From: a virus | Taxonomy: Duplodnaviria; Caudoviricetes | Virus record (IMG/VR): IMGVR_UViG_2925282926_000001 | Location: 32,001 to 96,000 of that record | Reading direction: 5' to 3' (one strand) | Length of the DNA: 64,000 nucleotides | Shown: piece after piece, positions 19,240-26,749 of the stretch | Layout of the letters: each line of letters starts with the position of its first letter | Position numbering within the stretch: position 1 is the stretch's first letter | Notes under the pieces: model-generated | Seen by the model: the letters and a program-made list of their open reading frames with translations, nothing else | Databases searched by the model: none | What the model was told of the DNA's origin: nothing | Position numbers and translations under genes: made by a program

Positions 19240-20244
19240 CTACACCTCCACTGAGTAGGCAAGGCCCACATTGTTGTCCGTATTGTAATACACATAGATT
19301 GTCCCATCGAAAACCGCGACTGTCATAGACTGCATGTTGGTTGTTTCCCAAGGCAGTGTCGGAATGTCCATAATAAGTTTCGGCTTATCCTTGAGCGTTC
19401 GCCAGTCATCCGATATTAGGGCAATGGCGGGACGGGCTACGGTTGTTACCCCGCCAGAAGCGTATGCGGAAAGCATACCCAACCACCACGTTTGTCCTCG
19501 GTACACAAATAATCCAGCATTGGACCGAGAGAAGTTTTCGGTACTATTGAGGGTTGCATCATTTCCGCCGAGCATCATTCTCGGATCACACAACCATTGT
19601 CTACCGTTGTGGGATACCCACATGGCCTTACGACCAAAGTCACCGCCGCCCATTACAGAAAACCCGTACCATTTTTCTGCTGTGCGGAACACTGCGAAAT
19701 ACCCTGTGTGTCCGTCTCCTGGGAAGTTTGGGGGCTTATCAAGCAAAAGTCCGACTCTTGTCCATGTGATCATGTCCGTAGATGTCGCAAGTGCCGTTGA
19801 TTGATTTATACCAAGTCCACTTTGTTGGTAGTACATGAAGAACAGTTTTTCCGTCTCATTCCACATGACAAAAGGCGTTTCCGTTGAATTACCTTCGACT
19901 GTATCGACGTACACCTCACCATGTCTGATCCACGGCCCTTTAGGATCGTTGGCATAAGCTAATCCGATGCCACCACGGGCATTATGGTTCGTGGAGTACG
20001 TTGCATAAAAACGGCCTTTAGCGTTCGGGATCAAATGACCGACCTCAATAGGTCTGAACCAATATATACTCCCTGTTTGAGCCTTTGCCGCCGTATAGAT
20101 TGGGTCACCCTCAAGCTTTACGAACTTAGGAATGTACTGTTCCCTGCCCCTGGTGTCGGAAAATCCATAAGGAGCAATACCTCTGTTGGCTTTCTGGGCT
20201 TCGCCCATCGCCGCCGCGCCCATCTTATAGCCTTTATCAGCCAT
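19240..20244 (-). CDS. Five-bladed beta-propeller glycoside hydrolase-like protein (GH43/32/117/130 superfamily); homolog of 44891-45898
   Basis: GIGLAYANDPKGPW, TETPFV...FMYYQ, LATSTDMITW blade motifs. Confidence 0.75.
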   Translation of the reverse strand: MADKGYKMGAAAMGEAQKANRGIAPYGFSDTRGREQYIPKFVKLEGDPIYTAAKAQTGSIYWFRPIEVGHLIPNAKGRFYATYSTNHNARGGIGLAYANDPKGPWIRHGEVYVDTVEGNSTETPFVMWNETEKLFFMYYQQSGLGINQSTALATSTDMITWTRVGLLLDKPPNFPGDGHTGYFAVFRTAEKWYGFSVMGGGDFGRKAMWVSHNGRQWLCDPRMMLGGNDATLNSTENFSRSNAGLFVYRGQTWWLGMLSAYASGGVTTVARPAIALISDDWRTLKDKPKLIMDIPTLPWETTNMQSMTVAVFDGTIYVYYNTDNNVGLAYSVEV

Positions 20245-20247
20245 CGC

Positions 20248-20718
20248 CTACACAACCCCCTTGATGGAAAGCGTACCGCCACCTGTTGGCGCTGTGTACT
20301 CAATACGTAGTCTGCAAAGAGCCGGGATAGTGTATGAAACAACGTCACCCACATTGGCTGTATTCACCTGCGAGATACTTGCCCCGTTTTCGCGAATGCC
20401 AGGCAAGGCCGTTTTCCGATCGTTGATGTCGATTAAGCATGATGTAAACGTTCCAGTTGTGCTTGCTCCACCACCAAAATAGATAGTGATATCCGTGTCT
20501 TTGGCTACTGCACTCTCGGCTGTCGGTGGATACGTTGCACTACCTGCCGCCGATCCAGCACCTAAAATAGTCACCGTTCTAGGGCCACCAGAAGAACCGC
20601 CTTCAACTTGCTTCATCGGTAGCGGGAAGTCTGCACCCACCGCCCTCATTTTCCCGTTTTCGTCTCGCGCATAAATCTGCTGATTTGCAAGCAAATGACT
20701 ACCATCATACTTCGACAC
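20248..20718 (-). CDS. Small Gly/Thr-rich beta protein heading the GH-like cassette (156 aa)
   Basis: Start moved to the GTG after SD AAAGGAG; the longer ORF call overlaps the tRNA-like element. Confidence 0.7.
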   Translation of the reverse strand: MSKYDGSHLLANQQIYARDENGKMRAVGADFPLPMKQVEGGSSGGPRTVTILGAGSAAGSATYPPTAESAVAKDTDITIYFGGGASTTGTFTSCLIDINDRKTALPGIRENGASISQVNTANVGDVVSYTIPALCRLRIEYTAPTGGGTLSIKGVV

Positions 20719-20764
20719 TGATACCACTCCTTTGTTATTATTTGTCTGACTCGTCACGTTGTAA

Positions 20765-20832
20765 GGCTCCCTGGTGGAATCGAACCACCACATGCCGGAT
20801 CTCTCCGGACTCTACCGTTGAGTTAAGGGAGC
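20765..20832 (-). ncRNA. tRNA-like element lacking an anticodon loop (GAGA tetraloop)
   Basis: GCTCCCT TA ACTC-AACGGTA-GAGT CCGGA-GAGA-TCCGG CATGT GGTGG-TTCGATT-CCACC AGGGAGC C: perfect acceptor, D and T arms. Confidence 0.8.
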
Positions 20833-20835
20833 GCA

Positions 20836-20862
20836 ATAAAAAAAGCCGCCTTTGGCGACTTC
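20836..20862 (-). terminator. Rho-independent terminator after the zinc-ribbon gene
   Basis: AAGTCGCC-AAA-GGCGGCTT followed by TTTTTATT. Confidence 0.75.
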
Positions 20863-20863
20863 G

Positions 20864-21025
20864 CTACTTACTCCAAACTTTATCAATAACTTTGCCTTTT
20901 AAATCTTCAATAACATTGACCCATACACCACACTTCTTGCATTCGTATGCTGTACGAAACTCACTACCCATTTTATTTGGTCCCGCAAGACGACCCATAT
21001 GTTCGCCACAGTTTTTACATAACAT
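20864..21025 (-). CDS. 53-aa zinc-ribbon protein (not in ORF track)
   Basis: MLCKNCGEHM...YECKKCGVW...; SD AAGGAGG; upstream TTGCAT-16-TATAGT with extended -10 TG. Confidence 0.75.
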   Translation of the reverse strand: MLCKNCGEHMGRLAGPNKMGSEFRTAYECKKCGVWVNVIEDLKGKVIDKVWSK

Positions 21026-21080
21026 GTACAACCCTCCTTATGAATTTCAGGAAGACTATACCACACTAAAATTTACATGC

Positions 21081-21175
21081 AACAAAAAAGAACAGCATTC
21101 CCGCTTTTGCTACCCTTGCGGCTCTGGACCGTCAAACAGGTATTGGTTAGTGTCGGGTGCTGTTCTCTTTTTGTT
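21081..21175 (-). ncRNA. Putative ~100-nt structured RNA closed by a long terminal stem
   Basis: Arms AACAAAAAGAGAACAGCACCC and GGAATGCTGTTCTTTTTTGTT; TATAGT -10 at 21191-21186. Confidence 0.4.
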
Positions 21176-21319
21176 CCATGCTATAACTATAAACTATAAA
21201 TAACCTAACGGTTTATAGGTTTATTAAATAAATCGTAAAACTTTCTTAAATGTTTGTTAATGCGATTTTCTAAGAATATGGCAGGATTGGAACGGTGATT
21301 TATAGAATTACCGTTTGAG

Positions 21320-21538
21320 GTGAACAGTATGAACCATACATATAGGGTGTTGAGAGAGGACATAGATTTTTTTGTTGCAGCGTTAAGTCAGGATCGGGTA
21401 GCGGTTTGGCATGTCTTGGAGGATGAGGATCATCTGATTGACTATGGAGGGATTGTAGAAGGGTATAGTCCAATAGCTGTAAATATCATGGGCAAGAGGT
21501 ATTTGAGAGGAACTTTCGAGTTCAGAATAAAAGGATAA
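21320..21538 (+). CDS. Hypothetical protein
   Basis: SD GAGGTG (true start probably ATG 21329); convergent with SRAP, with a shared terminator between them. Confidence 0.65.
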   Translation: MNSMNHTYRVLREDIDFFVAALSQDRVAVWHVLEDEDHLIDYGGIVEGYSPIAVNIMGKRYLRGTFEFRIKG

Positions 21539-21571
21539 AGAGCAGTGAGGTTAATCCCTCCTGCTCTTTTT
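21537..21571. terminator. Bidirectional terminator
   Basis: AAAGAGCAG-TGAGG...CCTC-CTGCTCTTTTT between convergent genes. Confidence 0.65.
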
Positions 21572-21573
21572 AA

Positions 21574-22245
21574 TTATCCAACATTCTTTATGAGGTCTTC
21601 ACTGTTGTTCCGCACATTACCGACTTCCTTCGGTACCTCGTAAGCTCGCATTTCTGACGCTCGATACGGCTTGAGCATTCCGAGCAATGACTCGACATCA
21701 TCATTATCTTTTCCAAGCCACTCAGCCTCATCCTCGGGCCGCAGTATAACCGGCATACGATTATGAATGTCTTCCATGAGACTGTTTGGCTCCGTTGTAA
21801 TAATTGTACATGTGCTCAGCTTGTTTCCGTCCGGATCCGTCCAGGTATCATACAGACCAGCAAGCGAGAATATACGGTCATCCTTCATCAAGATGCGCAT
21901 TGGCTGCTTTGCCGTTCCTTCTTTCTTCCATTCATAAAATCCGTTCGTGGGGATGATGCAGCGTTTGGAACTGATCAGACGTTTGAAGGCTGGCTTCTCT
22001 GCCAGTGTCTCGGCTCGAGCATTGATCATCTTATTCCCGATCTTGTCATCCTTTGCCCAAACGGGTACCAGGCCCCATCGGAGCGAACCCAATCGATTTC
22101 CTTCCTTGCTGCCTATAATTGTCGGGATGTACTGCATGGGTGCTGCGTTATAATTAGGCTTGTACTCAAATCCTTCAGAAACGGAAGCATAGTACCTGTC
22201 CATTATTGCGTCTAAAGGGTCAGTAATTGTGAATCTACCACACAT
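21574..22245 (-). CDS. SOS response-associated peptidase (SRAP/YedK/HMCES family)
   Basis: MCGRF start with catalytic Cys2, YNAAP, WGLVP, INARAET, GFYEW, IHNRMPVIL. Confidence 0.95.
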   Translation of the reverse strand: MCGRFTITDPLDAIMDRYYASVSEGFEYKPNYNAAPMQYIPTIIGSKEGNRLGSLRWGLVPVWAKDDKIGNKMINARAETLAEKPAFKRLISSKRCIIPTNGFYEWKKEGTAKQPMRILMKDDRIFSLAGLYDTWTDPDGNKLSTCTIITTEPNSLMEDIHNRMPVILRPEDEAEWLGKDNDDVESLLGMLKPYRASEMRAYEVPKEVGNVRNNSEDLIKNVG

Positions 22246-22281
22246 ACAAAGCACCTCCTGTATTGTCTTTACAATATATAA

Positions 22282-23139
22282 TCACACTATAAATTGATCA
22301 AACACTGGGATACGTAGCAAGCCGGATTTGGTCCAGTTTCGTATTTTGACCCTGGCTTGTATCCTTGGCTCCAGGTAAACGTTGTTCTTGTCCTCACCAG
22401 TAACGAGCTGCTGGCATACTCCACGAAACGCCTGCTTATGTTTAGGACTTGGGCCATGCTCGATGATTCCTACCGGACGCATCTTGCCTGACGGATCTGG
22501 AACAGCAGCAAGCCACCCGAATTCAGACTTTTTGTATCCTGTAATGAACACATCAGCATATGACCAGTTAATGACCTTCTGCCACTCTCTGGACCGCCTG
22601 CTGACGTACTGACTGTCCTTGTGCTTGCCAACCACACCCTCCATACCCATTGCCTCTATTTGGGCGTATAGTGCCTCTCCTGCGCCTTCAATATGCGGTA
22701 CCACTCCAAAGCTATTAGACGGTAGTTGGAGCCCTAGCAGAATTGCCTTGCGCTCTATAAGAGGTAGTTTGCGGAGATCCTGGCCTCGAAAAAAGAGAAT
22801 ATCAAATATGGCGAACGTAGCCGGCAATGTCTTGGTGAGCTGCTGAACCTTCGAGTGTTGCCGAGTGCTGAACCGGCTCATGACTGCCTCAAAGTCGTTC
22901 AATCCTGTCTCTGGATCGGTGCAAGCAACCTCTCCGTCCAAGATAATGTCAGAGTCAAAGGGCAGTAGTAATTCAGGGTACTGCCGAGTGCAATCATTGT
23001 TGTGGCGTGTATATAACCGGACGTTGCCGGATTGTTGCGAATATATAAGCCGGTGACCGTCTACCTTCGGTTCAAAGATGTAATCCGAATGCGAGAATGG
23101 ACCCGGTGCTGTTTCAAGTAACATAGGGCTAATAAACAT
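22282..23139 (-). CDS. ATP-dependent DNA ligase (LigD ligase-domain type)
   Basis: Motif I EPKVDGHR, LDGEV, FDIL, EGVVGK, SGLLRIPVF. Confidence 0.92.
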   Translation of the reverse strand: MFISPMLLETAPGPFSHSDYIFEPKVDGHRLIYSQQSGNVRLYTRHNNDCTRQYPELLLPFDSDIILDGEVACTDPETGLNDFEAVMSRFSTRQHSKVQQLTKTLPATFAIFDILFFRGQDLRKLPLIERKAILLGLQLPSNSFGVVPHIEGAGEALYAQIEAMGMEGVVGKHKDSQYVSRRSREWQKVINWSYADVFITGYKKSEFGWLAAVPDPSGKMRPVGIIEHGPSPKHKQAFRGVCQQLVTGEDKNNVYLEPRIQARVKIRNWTKSGLLRIPVFDQFIV

Positions 23140-23202
23140 AAAAAAACACCTCAACCCAATTATAGCGGTTTGCTACAAAGGATTGAGACGGTAAGTTTTG
23201 GT

Positions 23203-23904
23203 TTACTCAGAAAATGCTTTGCGAAGATCTGCCTTCAGTATATCTTTGAATTCATCAAGCAGACCTGGTAAGTTCTCTCTTATATCTTGAGCTTGCTTAC
23301 GAATGTCCGAGTCGAATCTATAGTCAGGATGTAAATCTATCCAATATTCGTACAACTTTTGTAATAAGTTATGGGTAACTGTTGCGATCTCATCAGTTAG
23401 GAAAAGTTCATTTATCTTGAAAAAGTCCAGTGCTTTAGCGTGAATTTCCCCTGCCTTATAATAATTCTGTTCATGTATTTTTGAACGGATTAATTCAATG
23501 GCTTCATCCTTTCTCACTGTGAACAAGGCTTTGATCCGTAAAACATCCTTGCTAATAAAATTATGACTTCTTAAATACTCCTCAATTTCCAATTCATCGT
23601 ATTGGCGTAAATCTACAGAATGGAACACTCCACGCAATCCAATCACTTCTCTATAAGCATGGTCGACTTCCTTATATAGTTCAGGGTAGATCTGATATCG
23701 TTTAGTGGAATATAAATCAAATTCTTTTAGTGCCTTTTGTTGCTTGTGTTTAACACCCTCAATCTCTCTGTTCACATCACCTTTGTGGGATTCTAACTTT
23801 TTTTGAAAACGATTTGTGATGTATAACTGAATAATTGCTACAAGAAGAACTATGATGACACTGTCCTGGTTTCGCTCAATGAACTCTAAAATGTAATTTA
23901 ACAA
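23203..23904 (-). CDS. AT-rich hypothetical protein with N-terminal TM helix (moron)
   Basis: VIIVLLVAIIQLYI followed by a helical domain; SD AGGAGGGG. Confidence 0.7.
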   Translation of the reverse strand: MLNYILEFIERNQDSVIIVLLVAIIQLYITNRFQKKLESHKGDVNREIEGVKHKQQKALKEFDLYSTKRYQIYPELYKEVDHAYREVIGLRGVFHSVDLRQYDELEIEEYLRSHNFISKDVLRIKALFTVRKDEAIELIRSKIHEQNYYKAGEIHAKALDFFKINELFLTDEIATVTHNLLQKLYEYWIDLHPDYRFDSDIRKQAQDIRENLPGLLDEFKDILKADLRKAFSE

Positions 23905-24021
23905 GTGACCCCTCCTGTTCTCTGTACGCTTCCAGTATAATGCAAAAATAAGGAATTATAAATCTTTATTTTGAATTCAAATATTGTTATAATGATTTCA
24001 TAAAATAAAGAGGTGAAATCT

Positions 24022-24204
24022 ATGGAACGTAAAGTAGCAAATGTTTACGAGGATACGCGAGCACTATTGAACCAAGTGAAAGATGAATTTGATTTTAAGT
24101 CTGACGATCAAGCAATTAAGTTTTTATGCCAGATGTTTATGGCGGACAACCGTAATGATGTACTGAAGAAGTACATTGATGTCAAAAGAAAGGTGGCTGA
24201 GTAA
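24022..24204 (+). CDS. Small putative DNA-binding (RHH-like) regulator or excisionase co-transcribed with integrase
   Basis: VANVYEDTRALLNQVKDEFDFKSDDQAIKFLC; abuts int; upstream extended -10 TATAAT with palindrome TTTGAATTCAAA. Confidence 0.55.
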   Translation: MERKVANVYEDTRALLNQVKDEFDFKSDDQAIKFLCQMFMADNRNDVLKKYIDVKRKVAE

Positions 24205-25386
24205 ATGCCTGTCTATAAGGATGAGAATGTAAAGAAAAATCCGTGGTTTTATGTGCTGGAAATTGGCAAGGGGAAAAATAGAAAGCGGACTAAAAAGCGC
24301 GGTTTTAAAACAAAGAAAGAAGCTCAGGCTGCACTTGTTGAAGCCGAAAACAACGTTAACAACGGTACGTTTATAAAACGTGAAAAGACACTCCTTCCGG
24401 ATCTGATGAATCTATGGCTCAAGACCAAAGAACACTCTATAGCGGATGTCACATACAAAACTTATGGACGACACATATCTTTGCACATAAATGACTATTT
24501 CGAAGATTTCCAAGCAATGGATTTGACTGACGAGGACTGTCTTGATTTCATCAAGCATCTGCGTGTTGAGAAGGAACTCGCTTCTCGATCAGTTAAAGAT
24601 GTATTCAAAGTGTTACGCTCGGCTCTTGATTGGGCTGTGCTGAAGAGTAAGCTTCAAAGAAATGTTACCCGCCTCATTGATATGCCAGCAGTCGAGCGTC
24701 AAGAAATCATGGTCTGGAACGCTGATCAGGTTCGGGAGTTTGATAAGCACATACAAGAACATCACGATTATGTTGCCTTCCTTCTTGCTTATGGGGCTGG
24801 CTTGAGACAATCAGAAGCATTGGCACTCAGATTCAAGGATGTCAATTACGAAAGCAAAACTATATCTGTTGTTCAAACCTTATCACATGATGGCAAGAAG
24901 ATCAGAACGGGTGCAAAAACTGCCTCAGGAACGAGATTGGTTTCTGTGGATGATAAAATCATCAAGGAGATTCAAAAGAGAAAGCGGGTGGTTGCTGCTG
25001 AGAAGTTAAAAGCGGGTGGAGTATACCAAGACAACGACCTGATTGTGGCAACCTCTGTAGGAACTCCTGTTACACCCAGAAACCTACTCAGGACGTTCTA
25101 TAGATACATGGAGAAGCTGGAGATACCAAAGATCACAGTCCACGATCTGAGACATACACATGCCACTCTGTTACTCAAGCAAGGTGAGCATCCGAAGATC
25201 GTTCAGGAGCGACTTGGACATGCCAGCGTTAAAATAACAATTGATCTTTATAGCCATGTTTTACCGAATATGCAGAAAGAGACTGCGGAACGATTTGGGG
25301 ATTTCTTGTTTGGTACCAATTTAGGCACCAAAAATACGAATGGCACCATTTCGGCACCAGACACCGAAAATAGAGAACTTATTTAG
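24205..25386 (+). CDS. int: Tyrosine integrase
   Basis: Arm-binding KRGFKTKKEA; catalytic GLRQSE, HDLRHTHAT, RLGH, LYSH. Confidence 0.96.
   Translation: MPVYKDENVKKNPWFYVLEIGKGKNRKRTKKRGFKTKKEAQAALVEAENNVNNGTFIKREKTLLPDLMNLWLKTKEHSIADVTYKTYGRHISLHINDYFEDFQAMDLTDEDCLDFIKHLRVEKELASRSVKDVFKVLRSALDWAVLKSKLQRNVTRLIDMPAVERQEIMVWNADQVREFDKHIQEHHDYVAFLLAYGAGLRQSEALALRFKDVNYESKTISVVQTLSHDGKKIRTGAKTASGTRLVSVDDKIIKEIQKRKRVVAAEKLKAGGVYQDNDLIVATSVGTPVTPRNLLRTFYRYMEKLEIPKITVHDLRHTHATLLLKQGEHPKIVQERLGHASVKITIDLYSHVLPNMQKETAERFGDFLFGTNLGTKNTNGTISAPDTENRELI
25311..25360 (+). repeat. Arm-type integrase binding repeats (GG[T/C]ACCA x4)
   Basis: tGGTACCAatttaGGCACCA...tGGCACCAtttcGGCACCA near att. Confidence 0.55.
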
Positions 25387-25434
25387 ACCCTATAAATAGT
25401 AAAAAACCCTTGTGTACCAAGAGTTTTTCGAGTA

Positions 25435-25507
25435 TGGAGCCTAGGGGGATCGAACCCCTGACCTCATCGCTGCCAGCGATGCGCTCTCCCAGCTGAGCTA
25501 AGGCCCC
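25435..25507 (-). tRNA. tRNA-Ala(GGC), CCA not encoded; probable attachment site
   Basis: GGGGCCTTAGCTCAGCTGGGAGAGCGCATCGCTGGCAGCGATGAGGTCAGGGGTTCGATCCCCCTAGGCTCCA; G3-U70 pair. Confidence 0.97.
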
Positions 25508-25524
25508 GTATTTTACTTCGGAAT

Positions 25525-25583
25525 GTCAACGGTCAGTCAGCGTACAAACCTCGTTGTATCAACGTTTTGTCAGCGTTCAGTCA
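25525..25583. repeat. Second set of arm-type repeats, on the prophage 2 side of the tRNA
   Basis: GTCAACGGTCAGTCA 25525-25539 vs GTCAGCGTTCAGTCA 25569-25583 (13/15 match). Confidence 0.5.
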
Positions 25584-25728
25584 TCCGTTCTTTTTCTTTC
25601 CGCTCGATTAATATAGCATACGGGAGCGCATCGCTGCAACTATTAATTTCGTATATCTGCGCAATTCATTTCGTTCGACGTCGAACGATTTGTCCGCTTG
25701 TATATTCCGCCACTCCCGCGCTATACTA

Positions 25729-25742
25729 AGAACAAACGTTCT
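25729..25742 (+). promoter_or_regulatory. LexA/DinR SOS box just downstream of a sigma-A promoter
   Basis: AGAACAAACGTTCT after TTGTAT-18-TATACT (25698-25727). Confidence 0.75.
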
Positions 25743-25782
25743 ATAACGCTAACTACGAAGGAGAAAGCGAGGCCCGCCGCAA

Positions 25783-26184
25783 ATGATCGACATCACCCCG
25801 CACGACCACGCGCTAATCAAATCGCATATCATACTGCCGCGCGTATTGACCGCATTCGAACGGGACATCGCGCTTATTAACGAAACGCTCAAGACGCCGG
25901 GTCCGTACGTCGACGTAATCGCGGAGGCTCAGCGTAAACTCACCGCAGACCTCTACGAGATCCGCAAGCAGTTCCGTACACGCGGTATCAAGGTCTACGA
26001 AGAGGTGGCGGATAACGACGGCGTAACGGCGCGCTATAAATGCCGCGGCTATGAGTCGGAGAAGCGGATACGGTGGGCGTTTATGGCGGCGGAGGCTGGC
26101 GTGTTGATGCGGAAGTATCTCGGTGTGAGTACGGACCAATACGTGGACCCGTCGGTTCCGGAATGGTTGCAGCGCGATCCGTAA
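25783..26184 (+). CDS. Hypothetical protein, SOS-box controlled
   Basis: 133 aa; own promoter and a hairpin terminator at about 26208-26246. Confidence 0.7.
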   Translation: MIDITPHDHALIKSHIILPRVLTAFERDIALINETLKTPGPYVDVIAEAQRKLTADLYEIRKQFRTRGIKVYEEVADNDGVTARYKCRGYESEKRIRWAFMAAEAGVLMRKYLGVSTDQYVDPSVPEWLQRDP

Positions 26185-26255
26185 ACGTAGCTGGATGCTC
26201 CGCATACAAAAAAAAAGAGCGCCCACCTCCGGAGAGATGAGCGCTAGGTCTTGCG

Positions 26256-26468
26256 TTATGAAGTTACGAGTTCTCCGCTTGCTGCGCGAGTAACACGCGT
26301 TTTACACTTCGGACATTTGACGCTGCCGTCCATTAACCGGAAGGAGTGACCGCAATGTGGACACGATATCTTTTCCGAGCGGAAGTATTTTATGTTTACC
26401 CATATCGCTACTATTGGCGCGGCTACGAAAAGAGTTATAATAAATCCGATAAGAAACATTGCGGTCAC
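26256..26468 (-). CDS. Small membrane protein with C-terminal zinc ribbon
   Basis: TM helix plus CPHC...CPKC; own TG-TATACT promoter. Confidence 0.7.
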   Translation of the reverse strand: MTAMFLIGFIITLFVAAPIVAIWVNIKYFRSEKISCPHCGHSFRLMDGSVKCPKCKTRVTRAASGELVTS

Positions 26469-26502
26469 CTCTCTTATTTACGTTACTTCCAGTATACACC
26501 AA

Positions 26503-26748
26503 CTAATTGCGCGCGTCACGAAGTTTTCTTAATCGCCTTCGCCCGATATCATACAGTTTACACGCGGCCAGTCCCGTCATGAGCCCCGTCATAATTCCGT
26601 CCGCAACGGAGTCCACCGGAATGTAGAAGAGTCCCGCGCCTAATCCGAGCGCCATCGATAACAGCGGAATCCATTTCGCCGCCACGTATAACTTCGCAAA
26701 CTCACCGATCGCAATAATCACCGCAACCACTACGCCGATTTCGTACAT
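26503..26748 (-). CDS. Holin
   Basis: Multi-TM, KWIPLLS...GLAAxxLYD, basic C-terminus, adjacent to endolysin. Confidence 0.8.
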   Translation of the reverse strand: MYEIGVVVAVIIAIGEFAKLYVAAKWIPLLSMALGLGAGLFYIPVDSVADGIMTGLMTGLAACKLYDIGRRRLRKLRDARN

Positions 26749-26749
26749 A

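Larger units (their letters stand above)
1..25434 (-). mobile_element. Prophage 1: myovirus-type, lambda-like head plus P2/Mu-like contractile tail; integrated at the 3' side of tRNA-Ala; left end outside window
   Basis: Contiguous terminase-portal-protease-capsid-sheath-tube-TMP-gpX-gpD operon; tyrosine integrase ends 48 bp from the tRNA 3' end. Confidence 0.93.

Noticed and set aside
18502-20718. All three cassette genes are in one frame, separated by TAG-NNN-ATG, suggesting amber readthrough into a polyprotein
   Set aside because: Each downstream ATG has its own SD-like sequence, and the prophage 2 homologs are joined by out-of-frame TAATG overlaps, so fusion is not conserved
20765-20832. 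Functional decoding tRNA (for example His, because of the C discriminator)
   Set aside because: No 7-nt anticodon loop and no G-1
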